Part shown: piece after piece, positions 34,648 to 53,284 of the stretch
How the letters are laid out: each line of letters opens with the position of its first letter
Numbering within the stretch: the stretch's first letter is position 1
Assembly (NCBI RefSeq): GCF_009914755.1
Contig: NC_060931.1
Length of the DNA stretch: 64,000 nucleotides
Source: the human T2T-CHM13v2.0 reference genome, Homo sapiens
Reading direction: 5' to 3' (one strand)
Notes under the pieces: generated by a model
Database searches by the model: none
Seen by the model: the letters and a program-made list of their open reading frames with translations, nothing else
Told to the model about the DNA's origin: nothing
Program-made: the position numbers and the translations under genes

Positions 34648-35710
34648 GTTTGCGGCAGAGGTCTCCGACTGGAAAGGAGAGAACCGACCTAGCCACCAGG
34701 CCCTAAGCTAAAAATTATCTGCAATGAGACACTACGGACTTCCAAAGTCACCCAGGACCTCCTACCTGAAGGACCCTTGGCTGGGAGGGCAGCTTGCGGC
34801 AGGAGGGCCCGGATGCGACTGTCTTTAATAGTGCCTGCTTAGATCTAACCCCTCATATGTTCGTCCTGACCTGGTCGGACAATCATCATTCCACTTCATA
34901 GTGAAATGCCTTCATTGCCGTGCCATGCATATTTCTGAGGGGAATTTTTTTGGTCGAAACGAGGACTCTTCGATTGACCAGACAGGCACTTTCCAAGGGT
35001 GCCACGTACTGAGGAATGCGGTCGGAGCGTGGGCGCACGGGCCGCGCGCTCCGTGAGTAGGGGGCCTCTCCCGCGGCGCCTGAGAGCCGGGTCCGCGCGC
35101 AGAGGCCCTGGGGGCGCGCGTGCCGGGTGCGCGCTGGCCAGCTGTGACTGCCGCTGAGGGAGCTGCGCGGCGCCTCTGGGAGCCGAGCGCCGGGCGCCTG
35201 GAGGGCAGGTCGGGCCTCTTGCCGCTAAGGTCAGCGGCTGCGGTTTGAGAAGACTGCAGCTGCTTCCTGTGTTACGCTGTCGCAGACAAGCAGAAGTTAA
35301 AAACTAGTAAATGACTTAAAGGTGATAATAGTCCTGGCAGTGTATTTCTGAACCCTCAGATCCTGGCCCTCGGTTGAAAGTTCGTCGCCACAAAGACCTT
35401 TCCAACACGCCACTATCCCCCGTCCCTGGTCCCAAATTGCATCTTTAAAATGTGTTTTCAATGGTCGTGTAGCTACAGATAATCTTTCCCACTACCCCAG
35501 TCGAATTTTCATTTGTCTTTTGTTTTGTTTTCTTCGTTGTTTTTTTTACCCGAAGGACTTCCATAGGACAGGCTTTGCGGGGGAGGGTGGGGGGATTGGG
35601 ATAAAATGTACACTCTGAACCCTCTCCAATCTCATACGTAGCTTAAAGCATTAATCAAATGATCAAGCAAGTATTAATAATTGGGACTAGAAATCATAGG
35701 AGAAGGCTCC

Positions 35711-35802
35711 ACCGGAAGTTACACTAGCTCTGAAGGAGGAGCGGACATTAACCAGGTGAAAACGGAGGATGCAGGTGTACAGGGCGGAGGTAATAACACG
35801 TG
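35711..35802. promoter_or_regulatory. upstream motif cluster: ETS/GABP ACCGGAAGT, GC box, E-box CACGTG
   Basis: ACCGGAAGT 35711-35719, GGGCGG 35782-35787, CACGTG 35797-35802; motif matches only. Confidence 0.4.
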
Positions 35803-36960
35803 AAGGTCTGAAGCTATTGAAAACCCGAGGGAGCTGTATGAGGTCTAGTGTGGCTGGAAAGTAAAAGGGAGAGCAAGGTGGGGATCAGATCTGCTGGGCC
35901 AATAACCGCTTAAACATCATGGGTTTTATGTTGAGAGCTTGGGAAGGTTGTGTTTTTAAATGATTGCTTTGTGAATAATTGATTAGAAGGGATAAGCGTG
36001 AGAGGGGAAAGACCTATCAAGGGGCCATTGCAATAGTCCATAATCTGTGTGACAGATAATGGTAGCTTGAACTAGTGTAGAGAATGTAATGATGAGAAAA
36101 AAAGATTCCAGAGATGTTTAGAAGGTGGCACCAACAGGACTTGGTGGTTGGCTCTCCAGGAGTGAGGAGAGAGAAGTTAAGAATAATTTCAGAGGTTCAG
36201 TTTTGAGCAGCTCTGTGGTTGTTGATGCCAGTTATTGAAATAAGCCGTAGAGAATGATGTATAAGTGCCTATGTAAAATTCAAGTGGATCTCTATGGGGC
36301 AGAAGAGAACTACACTATAAGTATAAATTTAGGACTCAGTTTACTGATAAGAAATGAACCCATGTGACTGAATGAGATTACTTAGGGAGAGAAAGTTGAC
36401 TGAGAATTTAGACAGAGGACACAGAGCCGAGGAATTCCAACATGCAATGCTTAGAAGAGGAGGTATGGCCAGTAGGTAGGAAAAAAAAAATAGATGGTAA
36501 CTGTTAAGGTGATATGTCATGAAGCTTATCAAGACTGGTGTCTTTTTTCATTCATTCAGCAAATCTTTCTTAAGTACCTACTCTCCACTAGGCACTGTTC
36601 TAGCCACTAGAGTTATAGCAGTGAACAAGAAAATTACTCTGCGTTGCTAATGGAGCTTACATACTAATTGAGGAAGACAAACAATAAACAAATGAGATAA
36701 TTTTTAGACAGTGACAAGCCAATAAAATAGAATAATGAGACAGACAATGACATGGAAGAGGTGGAGGAGAGGAGGTTACTTTAAGTAGACAGGACAGGGA
36801 AGGTCCGTCTGAGGATTTCTGAGTTGAAACCTAAATGAAAGGAAGGAAGTAACCTGGTAAAGATGTGGGAAGAACACTAAATTAGTAAGAGAAATGGCTT
36901 TGAGATTTAAAAAAAGAAGAAGAAGAAGAAGAGTGCTTAAAAAAGTATCAGTGTGGTTGA
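35730..36960 (-). mobile_element. L2 fragments
   Basis: 'ttcattcattcagcaaat...cactgttctag...gcagtgaacaag' and 'ggccattgcaatagtcc'. Confidence 0.7.
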
Positions 36961-37280
36961 TCCATAACTAAGGAGAAAAAGAGGAAAATGAGAGCAAACA
37001 GTGGAGTCTGTAAAGTCTATGTCCAATTCTCTGACATGGACCTTATAGGCTATGGTAAGGAGCATGGCTGTGTTAAAAGATCAGCACAAAAACATGGAAA
37101 ATACTTAGAAGTGAACAAAGAAACCTTAGTGAGTGTAGATAGGCTTTCAGCAAATAAATTAGAAGAAGGGAGACCTCTTCTTCCAATATTTTATTTTGAA
37201 TAATAACAGTTGATAATAAGTAGGTATGTAGAAATGCCATTATTAAAAAGAAACTAAAATCCAGTGACTTAACTTTTTTT

Positions 37281-37333
37281 CTTTTTGAGACGGAGTCTCA
37301 CTCTGTCGCCCAGGCTGGAATGCAGTGGCGCGA
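37281..37333 (-). mobile_element. micro-Alu (3'-terminal ~50 bp) with 15-bp TSD
   Basis: TSD gacttaacttttttt at 37266-37280 and 37334-37348. Confidence 0.9.
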
Positions 37334-37390
37334 GACTTAACTTTTTTTTGTCATTGACCTAGCTTCTAGAGACAACAATAATATAGATAG

Positions 37391-37715
<325 letters not shown>

Positions 37716-37959
37716 CTAAGTGATGCCTTTAGAGATGTTAACAAAGCAAGGTTACAAATATAAATTTCATTAAATATTAACCAAAATGTCAAATTGTGAA
37801 AGTTTAAATTTTGCACATTGAAGTTAGTGGAAAGAGTATGTCACCTATATTTTAAGTAGGGACAGGTAGAGGTGACAGTCTGGAAAAAGAAGCCATGGTA
37901 GAAGAAACAACGCAAAATTCCTGAGCTGCAGAAGTGGAATTGGTATGTGTTGTAGATTA

Positions 37960-40459
<2,500 letters not shown>

Positions 40460-40616
40460 TTAATGAAGACTGTGACGTTGTACTGGGCTGTGCAGAATGA
40501 TCAGGCCAAAAAAGAAGGGGAATTGAATTTCATAGGATGAAACAGTCTGAACAAGGCAGAGAAATGAAGTTCATAATATAAGTGCATAGTGTGTGGAAGA
40601 AATTGAGATGAGTTCA

Positions 40617-40959
<343 letters not shown>

Positions 40960-41984
40960 TAGATTTGGGGCTTTATCCATTAGGCAGCAAAGACTTATAA
41001 AACATTTTGCATCTAAGCACAGAATAAAACAACTGCAGGACATAAATTGGAGATATCTTTGCCCCATCTCCTCTGAGACTTGGACTTGTGCTCTCTGGAT
41101 TTCTTCTTCTTGTGTTTGATTTAATTTTGTGAATAATTTTAAAATACAAAAAATATATAAATATTAGTTGTCCAAATTAAATGTAAGACATGGCAAATAG
41201 CTCTAAAAATCCTATGCAGTATATCAGTAGCACCCAAGGTAAAGTATTTGTCTTGCATACTTTTCCTGATGTTTCAGGCCTAGAAAATTCTACAAGGTAT
41301 GGTGATTATGTGTTACTATCAGTGTGTGACAGTGAAGAATTAGTTTCTGTAGAGAGAAGTCATTTGATAAGTGAGTCATGGAGTATAATTATATTAATGC
41401 AAATTGAAGACAGTATCTTATATTTTTTATTCTGTTTGCATTTAAGCACTTAATTATTTTTCTAGTAGATAAATTGACAACTGGTTGTTTTACTGATAAC
41501 ACAAATACAAATTATACCTTCACTTGTTAATAAAGATTCTACAGCTATCCTTAATCTAAAAACAAATATGTTCTTCCACTAGTATTGTGGTTATTTGGCA
41601 TAAACTGTATTTAATTATAAAATTTCTATTAGAAAAATGAAAACATTTTTTGGTCCGTGGAAGTTTACTTCTACCATCATAAATCTCAAAGCTTCACACA
41701 TTGTCATGAATTTAAATTAAATACCTGAAGCACTTGATGTACAAAATTCAATGAATACTAAAAAGCGTAGAGACTCTAGCAATTTTAAGTAGTGGTACTT
41801 CTTTTCACTGAAACCTTCTGGTTAAATAGTATTTTAGGAAAACTGTGTCTATGAATTTTGGAATATTATACCAAAGACCTAGGTCTTCAGTTTATAGGCT
41901 TTTTAGGTTACCTATGTTCTATTCCTCTTCTATGATGCCACTTATTATTTCTCTGCAATTTTTATCTTTTTAAAAAAAATCCAT

Positions 41985-42555
41985 CCATTCATTCAGTCAT
42001 TTGTTCACTTATCTTATTCACTTATTAAACATATATTGAGTGCCTACTATATACTGTTCATTATGTTGAGTGCTCAGGATAAGGAGATTAACTCACTGGT
42101 GTCTTCCTTCAACACTTTTAGTCTAGTGGGGAGGTACATAAATATTACAAAGGTTTAGGATAAGCCGTGCAATAGGCACTTGTATATGACTTAGGTTATG
42201 GGTATATAGTGGTGCTACTTACCAAGATCAGGAATATGAAGTCATTTTTGGAAATGTTGAGTCTAGGATAGCTGTGGAATATCCTCAATTAGAGATACTC
42301 TGAAGGCAGGCAGAAACATCACTCAAGCTCATGAGAGAAGTTTAGGCTGGGGTTACAATTTAAACATAAATAGCATGTAAGTGAGAGTTAATACAATGGA
42401 AATTCATGAGCATGTTTGTAAAGAATGTGTAAAATGGAAAGTGTAAGAAGAGAAGAGGCTGAATGCTCAAACCCTAGAGAGAACATGAACAAATGAGGAC
42501 CAGGCTAGGAAGAGTAAGTAAAGAAAAGTTAGAACAAGTCAGAAATGTAAGCACT
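41985..42555 (-). mobile_element. L2 fragments
   Basis: 'cattcattcagtc...atatattgagtgcctacta...gtctagtgggg'. Confidence 0.65.
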
Positions 42556-44554
42556 TATATTAGTCAGGGCTCAACCAGAGAAGCAGAGCTCCTAGGATGT
42601 ATACATATATAATTAGAGATTTATTATAAAGAATTGACATTATGCAATTGTGGGAGATATGTTTCCTTTACAGCCTGCAGTCATTAGGGGACACAGTCAA
42701 AAAGGGAAGCAGCACATAAAACAGAGGAGCAAAAACACATCAGAACCTGTGGGGATAGTGGGATCCATGAGGACACAAAGACCCTATTGGTCTCTTGTTA
42801 CTTTCAAACTCCCAACCTCAGTGATGTGGGTGTCCTTCAGGAGAAGCTACAGCTCCTTGTTACAGAACTAAATACAAACCAGGTCCAGAAGTATAGAAAT
42901 TAAAAGAAGAATTTGGCAAGAACAGGAGTCCTAAGAGGTGTCAAAGGATTTCATGCATTCCAGACATACTCTTTTGAAACCCCATTAAGTTGTATACCCC
43001 AAATTCTCCTTAATAATCAGGATCAGTCACCCAAGTTAATGGAATAACCTCTTATTTGCCTATTGATTGAGTGACTTGAGGACCCCAAAGTGACCAGTCT
43101 CAACATCTAGTGTAATGGAATCATTGCCATATCTCCTAATAAAAGGATTTATTCCTTAAAACTAAGATTTCTAGACCAGCAAAGCCCAAAGTTGCTAGGT
43201 TGGGAATTTCACCAGTGAATCACTAGAAGTAATAGTAAGAAGTGCACTGCCATATATACTCCTTGATTCTCCTGCTATTTTCATTGAAAATAGCAGCATA
43301 TATTGCTCATGAATTTAGAGTATACACCATATACTAGAAGATATTATTGCAGCTCTCCAAGGTGTTGCTCTCAACTGGCCCTGTAACTGAGCCTAATAAT
43401 TCTGTTAGGTCAATTGTTCCAGAGTGATGGAGCATGTAATAAGACCAGTGAATGACTATGAGTCCATCACCATATTACATTTGCTAGAAATTGAGTTTGT
43501 TAGAAGCAATACTATGTAGAATATTATTATAGTAAAGCATTTTATAAGTCCATGGATGCACTGCAGGCAAGGAAGGCAAATTCATGCCCACAGTGTCTAT
43601 GCCAATGACAACAAAACATTTTCCCTTCCATGATTATTCATATCCTCCTCTACTGCAACAGCTCTTTGATTAGCATCCATTTGGAATACAAATATCTTCA
43701 CATGCTGTGCCAACTCAGAAACATCTATCCATATATCTCTTTCTCAGATCTTGTTACCAATTTTCCAATTATATTCCTTCCAAATCCCTGGTCATCCAAT
43801 GGAAATATTAGCCACACCCACTAGTAAATGTAGAGCCATACCTCTGGCCATCCTTCCTTCCAAACAAACTGAATATCAAGGAGAACTGCTAAAAGTTCCA
43901 CCTTCTGGGATGATTATCTTTTACTACTGTCTTTCAGGGCCAATCCAGAGTGGGACTATAGTGCTACAACTGTCTACTTTGGGGTATTGATAACATTTCA
44001 TATAAAACCATCTGTAAACCAACTTCACATATTGGTTCTTCAATTAAATGGGAATGGAGAACACTCCATGGAATCATACATGCATGTTGAGAGGGGAGGA
44101 GGCACTATTGCAGGAATCTGGACCGTAGGCATTTGTGACACTTACTCCTGCAACTTACTTATGCCTTCAGGACCTGCTCAAATCCTAGTTTCTGCTATTT
44201 CCAATTGGTGATGTAATGTGGCTGTTCACGTACAATCTTATGGCTTTGTTTGTCAGAAAAGACCCAGTTCATGATGAACTTGCTTCAAGCACCAACAGAT
44301 ATGCTGTGTTATGTATCTCAGCTGAAGAGCAATTTGCATGGCAGCCTAGACTTGTTGCAGATCTTTGTTTTGTTCTGGGTCCCACCCAAAACTAGCAGCT
44401 TTTCAGGTTGCTCAGTAAATGCATAAGAGTAGCACACTCAATGAAGTAAATGTTGCCTCCCAAATCCAAAGAGGCCTAAATGGTATTATGCCCCTTCAAG
44501 GTTGAGAGAAGCCAGATGCAGTAACTTGTCCTTCACTTTAAAAAGGACGTATTG

Positions 44555-44858
44555 GGCCAGGCACAGTGGCTCATGCCTGCAATCCCAGCACTTTGGGAGA
44601 ACAAGGCAGGCGAATCACTTGAGGTCAGGAGTTAAAGACCAGCCTGGCCAACATGGTGAAACCCTGTCTCTACTAAAAACACAAAAATTAGTCAGGCGTG
44701 GTGGCACATACCTATGATCCCAGTTACTCAGGAGGCTGAAACAGGAAAATCACTTGAACCTGGGAGGTGGAGGTTGCAGTGAGCCAAGATCATGCCACTG
44801 CACCAGCCTGGGTGACAGAGTGAGACTCTGTCTCAAAAATAAATAAATAAAAATAAAA
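44555..44858 (+). mobile_element. AluSx-like
   Basis: TSD aaaaggacgtattg/aaaaggacatactg. Confidence 0.95.
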
Positions 44859-44880
44859 AGGACATACTGACATGTCCCAG

Positions 44881-45497
44881 TGAAACAGGTCAGCGTCACT
44901 GGTCTCGTCTAAGGTGTTATCTGAGCTGGTCATTACATGACCAAGAGAATTAAGGAGCATGGACACAAATGGTGAGGCTGGAGCAAAAGTTTAATAAGCA
45001 AAAGAAGAAAGCTCTCCATAGCAGAGAGGGGAGCCCAAGTGGGTTGCTGTTTTTACAGTCAAATTCAAAAGCTTTTAAAAGAAACTCCTCTCTGTAGCTG
45101 TCTGAGTAACTTCTCTTATCTGAAAAGCTATCTGCACAACTCCTCCTCATCTATATAGTTGTGCATATGACTCTAGGCAAGCACAAAGTGCTGCTTCACT
45201 TGTTTGTATAACTGCTGGTTTGTTTTAGGTAAGTGCCCCCGATCCCTGTGCAAGTTCCCATTGGAGCCCATGGTATATATGCCTGAGAAGGGGAGGAAGC
45301 TTTTCCTGGGAACCTGCTAATCACACAAAGAACAAAAGGCCTCTGTGTTGGAACTCGTCTGCCTTGCCTGCTTATCTGTGCAGGTGCATTCTGAGTTTTC
45401 CTCAGGCTGCTCTATTTTTGCCTGTAGCTGTGATTTTTCAGGCAGGCTGCTTCTCCAAGGAACAGCCTTAACTGATGTTTCCTTTTCTTCTCCCTCA
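44881..45497 (-). mobile_element. ERV1 (MER4-group) solo LTR
   Basis: TG...CA ends, ATTAAA on minus near 44990; TSD ccag/tcag. Confidence 0.75.
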
Positions 45498-45644
45498 TCA
45501 GACCAATGGGACCTAGACATTTCCCTGAGATGGCAGAAACCTGATTATTTGTCAGATTTGCTTCCCACCACCTGTCCTACATGTATCTTACCAACACGTC
45601 TAGAGTAGTTGTTAACTTCCTTCTTACTAGGTCCAATTAACATC

Positions 45645-45974
45645 ATAAAGGCATACCCAAGAGTGGGCAATTTACAAAACAAAGAGGTTTAATGGACTTA
45701 CAGTTCCAGATGGCTGGGGAGGCCTCACAATCATGGTGGAAGGCAAGGAGGAGCAAGTCATGTCTTACATGGATGGCAGCAGGCAAAGAGAGAGAACTTG
45801 TGCAGGGAAACTCCCTCGTATAAAACCATCAGATCTCGTAAGACTTATTTACTATCATGAGAACACCATGGGAAAGACCTGCCCCCATGGTTCAATTACC
45901 TTCCACCGGGTCCCTTCCACAACATGTGGAAATTCAAGATGAGATTTGGATGGAGACACAGCCAAACCATATCA
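45645..45974 (-). mobile_element. THE1 solo LTR
   Basis: 'gaggtttaatggacttacagttcc...ggcaaggaggagcaagtca...cacagccaaaccatatca'. Confidence 0.9.
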
Positions 45975-46238
45975 ATGACATCATCCATGTAACTGGCCAG
46001 CATGATTTTCTGTGAAATAAAGACACAGTGAAGGCTCTGCAAAAGAGCCTGACTGGCATAGTCCTGAGGCTAGACAGTCAAGGTGTGTTACTAACTAACA
46101 GAAAGCAAACTACTTTTGATGGTCCTTAATGACAGCTATAGATAAAAGCCTTTGCCAGTGCAATTATTGAACACCAGAAGCCATGGTATGTGTTGATTTT
46201 CTCCAGCAACGAAACCACATCTAGAATTGCAGCTGCAG

Positions 46239-46695
<457 letters not shown>

Positions 46696-47109
46696 TTAAT
46701 CCTTTCAGTCTTCCAGTCCTAAAACTTTCTGCTTATACATCAAGATTTTAGTAGGTTTACCATCTATTTTGGTTCTAGAAACTCCACAATCAACTAGCCA
46801 ATGCTGTACATTTTGCAGCTACTATTCTTATTACTGCTTTGGCTCTGTGGCCTAATACAATAACCATGCCTACCTTGTATTTAATAATTTATATGTCACC
46901 ACATGGTGCCTACCACCATCTGATCTCATCAACAGGAGTGATTCCTCCACTGAATTCAGAGAGCCTAGTCCAGGGCTTCTCTCACAAATCATATTTCTTA
47001 AAACTTTGAGTGCCCTCTGGACCCTCACAGGGGAAATATTCAGTGAATGGGCAAGCAAGTGTTACATGTCTTACATGGTAAATCCACTTTATCATTCTAA
47101 TGTTCCTGA

Positions 47110-48630
<1,521 letters not shown>

Positions 48631-48800
48631 TGAGTCATTTGATACCATCCTTTCTGTGGCACCAGGAAAGTTTTGGCAATTTAACTCCCTTAAGTGTAGG
48701 CTACCTTTTAGCCCAGGTTTTAGTTAATCAACAAATAAACTGTTAGAGTCACTCCCAACCCCTCAGACAAACACACTAAATCTGGAATCTCTGCTAGTGA

Positions 48801-49141
<341 letters not shown>

Positions 49142-49494
49142 GATATCACACTCTTAAGATCCATCCCCATACAGTTTCACCAGTATCTGTGAAAATTGAC
49201 AAAATCAGCCAATTCTTTTGGTGTGTATTGTTCGTCCTAAGTTTGTGTCTCACACATTGGAGTCTACTTTCACCTGAGTCTGATTACAGATTTGGAAGCA
49301 ATGAGAGGTGGTAAAGGTAGATTGTCAGAAGGAATAGTAGTCCCTTGTAAGGCAACTATCTCAGGGGAAGCTAATACAGTTCTTCAGGCAGGGGTAGACT
49401 GACAACTTGCCCAGAATTTCAGGCTCAAAATTATCGCCTTCATCAGAATCTACTCATATGTCCCCATCCCAATTTTCAGGGATGTCTTAATTTT

Positions 49495-49843
<349 letters not shown>

Positions 49844-50206
49844 AGTAAACTCTACAAGGCTGGAAATTTAATTTGCAATGTTTCAGCCATCCATAGAGTT
49901 TAGATTTTGGTTTGGTTAGATTTTGAGTTTGGTTTTCTATAATACAATTTCTATGGCTATAAGATATAAAGATTTCTTTTAGAAAAGTCTAAGAAGATTT
50001 CAGGTCATTTATAGGGCCTTTGAGCCCATTCTTTCTTACTTCTGAGTGCTGGAGAACACTTATAAGCAACTCCATTATAGCCTTTTATCCACTAAAATGT
50101 TCTGTGACAGCAAATAGTCATTCAATTAAGGCTAAGGAAGACAACTTACAATAAGGTAAAGGTAATAAAAAATAAAGCTACAGATAAATCTTAATAAAAA
50201 CTGAGT

Positions 50207-50345
50207 GTCTGGGCATGGTGGCACATGCCTGTAGCCCAGTTACTGAGGAGGCTGAGGTGGAAGGGTTGCCTAAGCCCAGGAATTCAAATCCAGCCTGGGC
50301 AACATAGCAAGACCCCGTCTTAAAAAAACAAACAAATAAATAAGT
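50207..50345 (+). mobile_element. FLAM monomer
   Basis: 'gcccaggaattcaaatccagcctgggcaacatagcaagacccc' plus A tail. Confidence 0.8.
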
Positions 50346-50825
50346 AAATGAGTTTAATTAACTCATCTATTAAAAAAAACTAAGGATGGTATAATAAAAG
50401 GCACAGAAGAAATTTTTAAAAGTTATGATGCATCTAATGACATTTTTATAAAATAACACTTTTATAAGAAAATACACGTAAACATAGTTGGCCCATGGTG
50501 AGGTTAAATAAATTAAATCAATAATGGAAGAAATTGAGAACACTCAAATAATGTTTAAGAGTATTTGTCAAAATGGTTTCATAAGCAAAGTGCTGTATCT
50601 TCAAGGTATAGATAATTCCTATGCTATTAAATCTATCTCAAAACATTGAAAAAGTAACTTTCCAAATTCACATTACAAAGGTCATAACAAAACTTGACAA
50701 GAATAGACAAACTATGCTTTCTTTAATCTCAACCAGATTAGTTGCAGCAGTTTTATCAAATAAATATCAGATCTCTCAAAATGTGAGGCCCTATGAAATA
50801 TTGTGAGTTAAAATTACTTGATTTT

Positions 50826-50991
50826 CCGTCTGGGAAGTGGGGAGCGCCTCGGCCCAGCTGCTGGCTGCCGTGCAACCCTCTAGGTGTGAAGTGGCAGCTC
50901 TGTGTGGGATCTTTCTGCCCTCCCTAAGTTTGCATTTTCGACAGTAAAGTTTACTTTTAAATTAAAAGATTTAATTTGAGGAAGATTTTAA
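50826..50991 (+). mobile_element. SVA2 retrotransposon (VNTR unit plus SVA2 3' unique region), 5' truncated
   Basis: SVA VNTR unit 'ccgtctgggaagtggggagcgcctcggccc', then 'gtgtgaagtggcag...tttgcattttcgacagtaaagtttac', ATTAAA; 16-bp TSD. Confidence 0.85.
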
Positions 50992-51100
50992 AAAATTACT
51001 TGATTTTAAAACTGTGCACGGACTTTCACTTTCAGAATTGACAGGCTAGGTTATTCAAATGGTTCAGACCATGGTTTTTTGTTCAAAGACATTGGGAAAG

Positions 51101-51660
51101 TGTAATGAGTTGAATAGTGTCCTTCCAAAATTCATGAACACCTAGAACCTCAGAATGTGAACTTATTTGGAAATAGGGTCTTTGCATACGTAATTAATCC
51201 GGTGAGTTCATACTGGATTGGGGTGGGCCCTGAATCAAATGACTTGGTATCCTTATAAGAAGAGGGAGGGACACACAGACACAGACACACACAGAGAAAG
51301 CCAAGTGAAGACAGAGGCCGAGACTGGAGTTATGCTACCACAAGCCCAGGAACACCAGAAGCCACTAGGAACTGGAAGATAGAAAGAAGAATTCCCCTCT
51401 AGAGCCTTTGGAGGGAGTGTGGTCCTGTTCACGCCTTTGTTTCAGATTTCTGACTTCCAAAACTGTGAGAAAATAAATTCCTGTTGTTTTAAGCCACCCA
51501 GTTTGTAATGATTTTTACAGCAGTCCTAGAAAACAAATGTAGATTTCGGTATCAGAAGTGATTTGCTGCTGTTAACAGATACCTAAACATGAGTTGGTAG
51601 AAATATAAATGTTAACGTGCATCTGGGAAGGTCTCAGAAATAAATGAACATGTTGTTGGA
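51101..51660 (+). mobile_element. MLT1C-like LTR with the start of its internal sequence
   Basis: 'tgtaatgagttgaatagtgt...gaacctcagaatgtga...ttatttggaaatagggtc'. Confidence 0.85.
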
Positions 51661-52309
51661 CACAAATTTGAAAATAGGCTTAGATTCAAGATAATGACTA
51701 CCCTTAGGTAAGCAAGAGGGGCTCAAGAGAGGCTTCTTTGGTGTTGATGTGGATGGTGTTTATAAGGGTGTTTACTTCATGATGATTATTTGATCTATAC
51801 ATTTACTTATTTGTTTTTCATTTTTTTCTGTTATATTTTCCAATAAATTTTTAAAAACTGTTGTATAGATTTAGAACAATGTTAAGGAGTTTGCTTATGA
51901 TTTGTCACTTAGAGATCTGATTGATTTAAAAGAGCAGAAGGTATCACTGTGCATTTTTGTTTGTTTGAAAGCTTCTCCACCTTTTCAGTTGATGACATGA
52001 AACCTCCTGTTCCTAACTAACCTTATTTGTCTGTCTAATATATAATATTGTATGCTTTACGACGTTGCTCTACTGATGCTGTCTTTGCCCATCTGTTTTG
52101 CTTTCTTGGGACTTGCCCCTTGTGAAAAACGTCTCCAAAGCCTGCCATTCATATGCACTGAAACATGAGTAAATACCTCAGCTTGTCTAGGAGATCTGTC
52201 TAATAAACTGCTATTGTAGCAAAAATTGAAGTACTCACTTGCCACTTTTGTCTTTTCTCCATGCAGAACAAATACTGATGGCATCTCACAGTATTGTGTT
52301 TATTTAAAA

Positions 52310-52660
52310 ACAAGTTGTATTACAACATGGATGAGCCATGGAAACATTATGCTAAGTGAAAGAAACCAGACGCATAAGACCACTTATTTTTTATTTCATT
52401 TAAATGAAATATCTACAATACGAAAATTCCTCAAGACAGAACATAGATTAGTGATTATCAAGGTCTACGTGTAGGGGAAATGAGGAGTAACTGCGAATGG
52501 ATATGGGGTTTCTTTTGAGGTTGATGTAAGTGTTCTGGAATTAGATAGTGGTGATGGTTGTACATTTTTTATATACTAAAAATCACTGAATTGTAAACCA
52601 TGAAAGGGTAAATTTTATGGTATGTGAATTATATCTCAATAAAGCTGTTATAAAAACTCA
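52310..52660 (+). mobile_element. L1MB/ME 3' end
   Basis: 'aacattatgctaagtgaaagaaaccagac...gaattatatctcaataaagctgtt'. Confidence 0.8.
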
Positions 52661-53284
52661 GCCCTGAGCCAATCACTTTAAAAAAAAAAAGCTCATCTTG
52701 TTGCTATGTCTAGAGAGATGACTGACTGGCTAGGGCACAAAGGTAGAATGAAAATTTCGCTTTCATGGTACTCTTTTGTGCATTTAAACATTTTATACCA
52801 TGTATACATATTATCTATAAAAATTAATTAACTTAAAACAATTTTTAATATTATCCATTTGCTAAATATGTGGAAAGTTTTTACTCATGTAATACCAAAG
52901 TCAATCCATGCTACCTAAATATTGAAGAAAATTCTGTAGTCAGTATTTTAACATAATTTGAAAACAGATTATCAATGAACTCTTTATTAGAAAATATTGA
53001 AATGATTTTAGAAGTTGCCAGCCATCCAGAGTTGTAGTTGAGAATTCTGATTCCTATTCCTTTGTAAATATCCTGACTTTTCTTTCTGGGAGTACTTATG
53101 ATTTTCCTGAAGTTCAGAAATTTCAGCACAATGTTTTCTTGCTTTATCAATACTCTTTTCTCTTGGATATCTCTGAAAATATGAACTACAGCAAGATAAA
53201 ATGAGCCATTCTCCATAACAAAGGATTTATGATCTCTTTAAGTGATCATAAATGTTAGCTGTTTGGCCAACTGCTTACTTCTGT

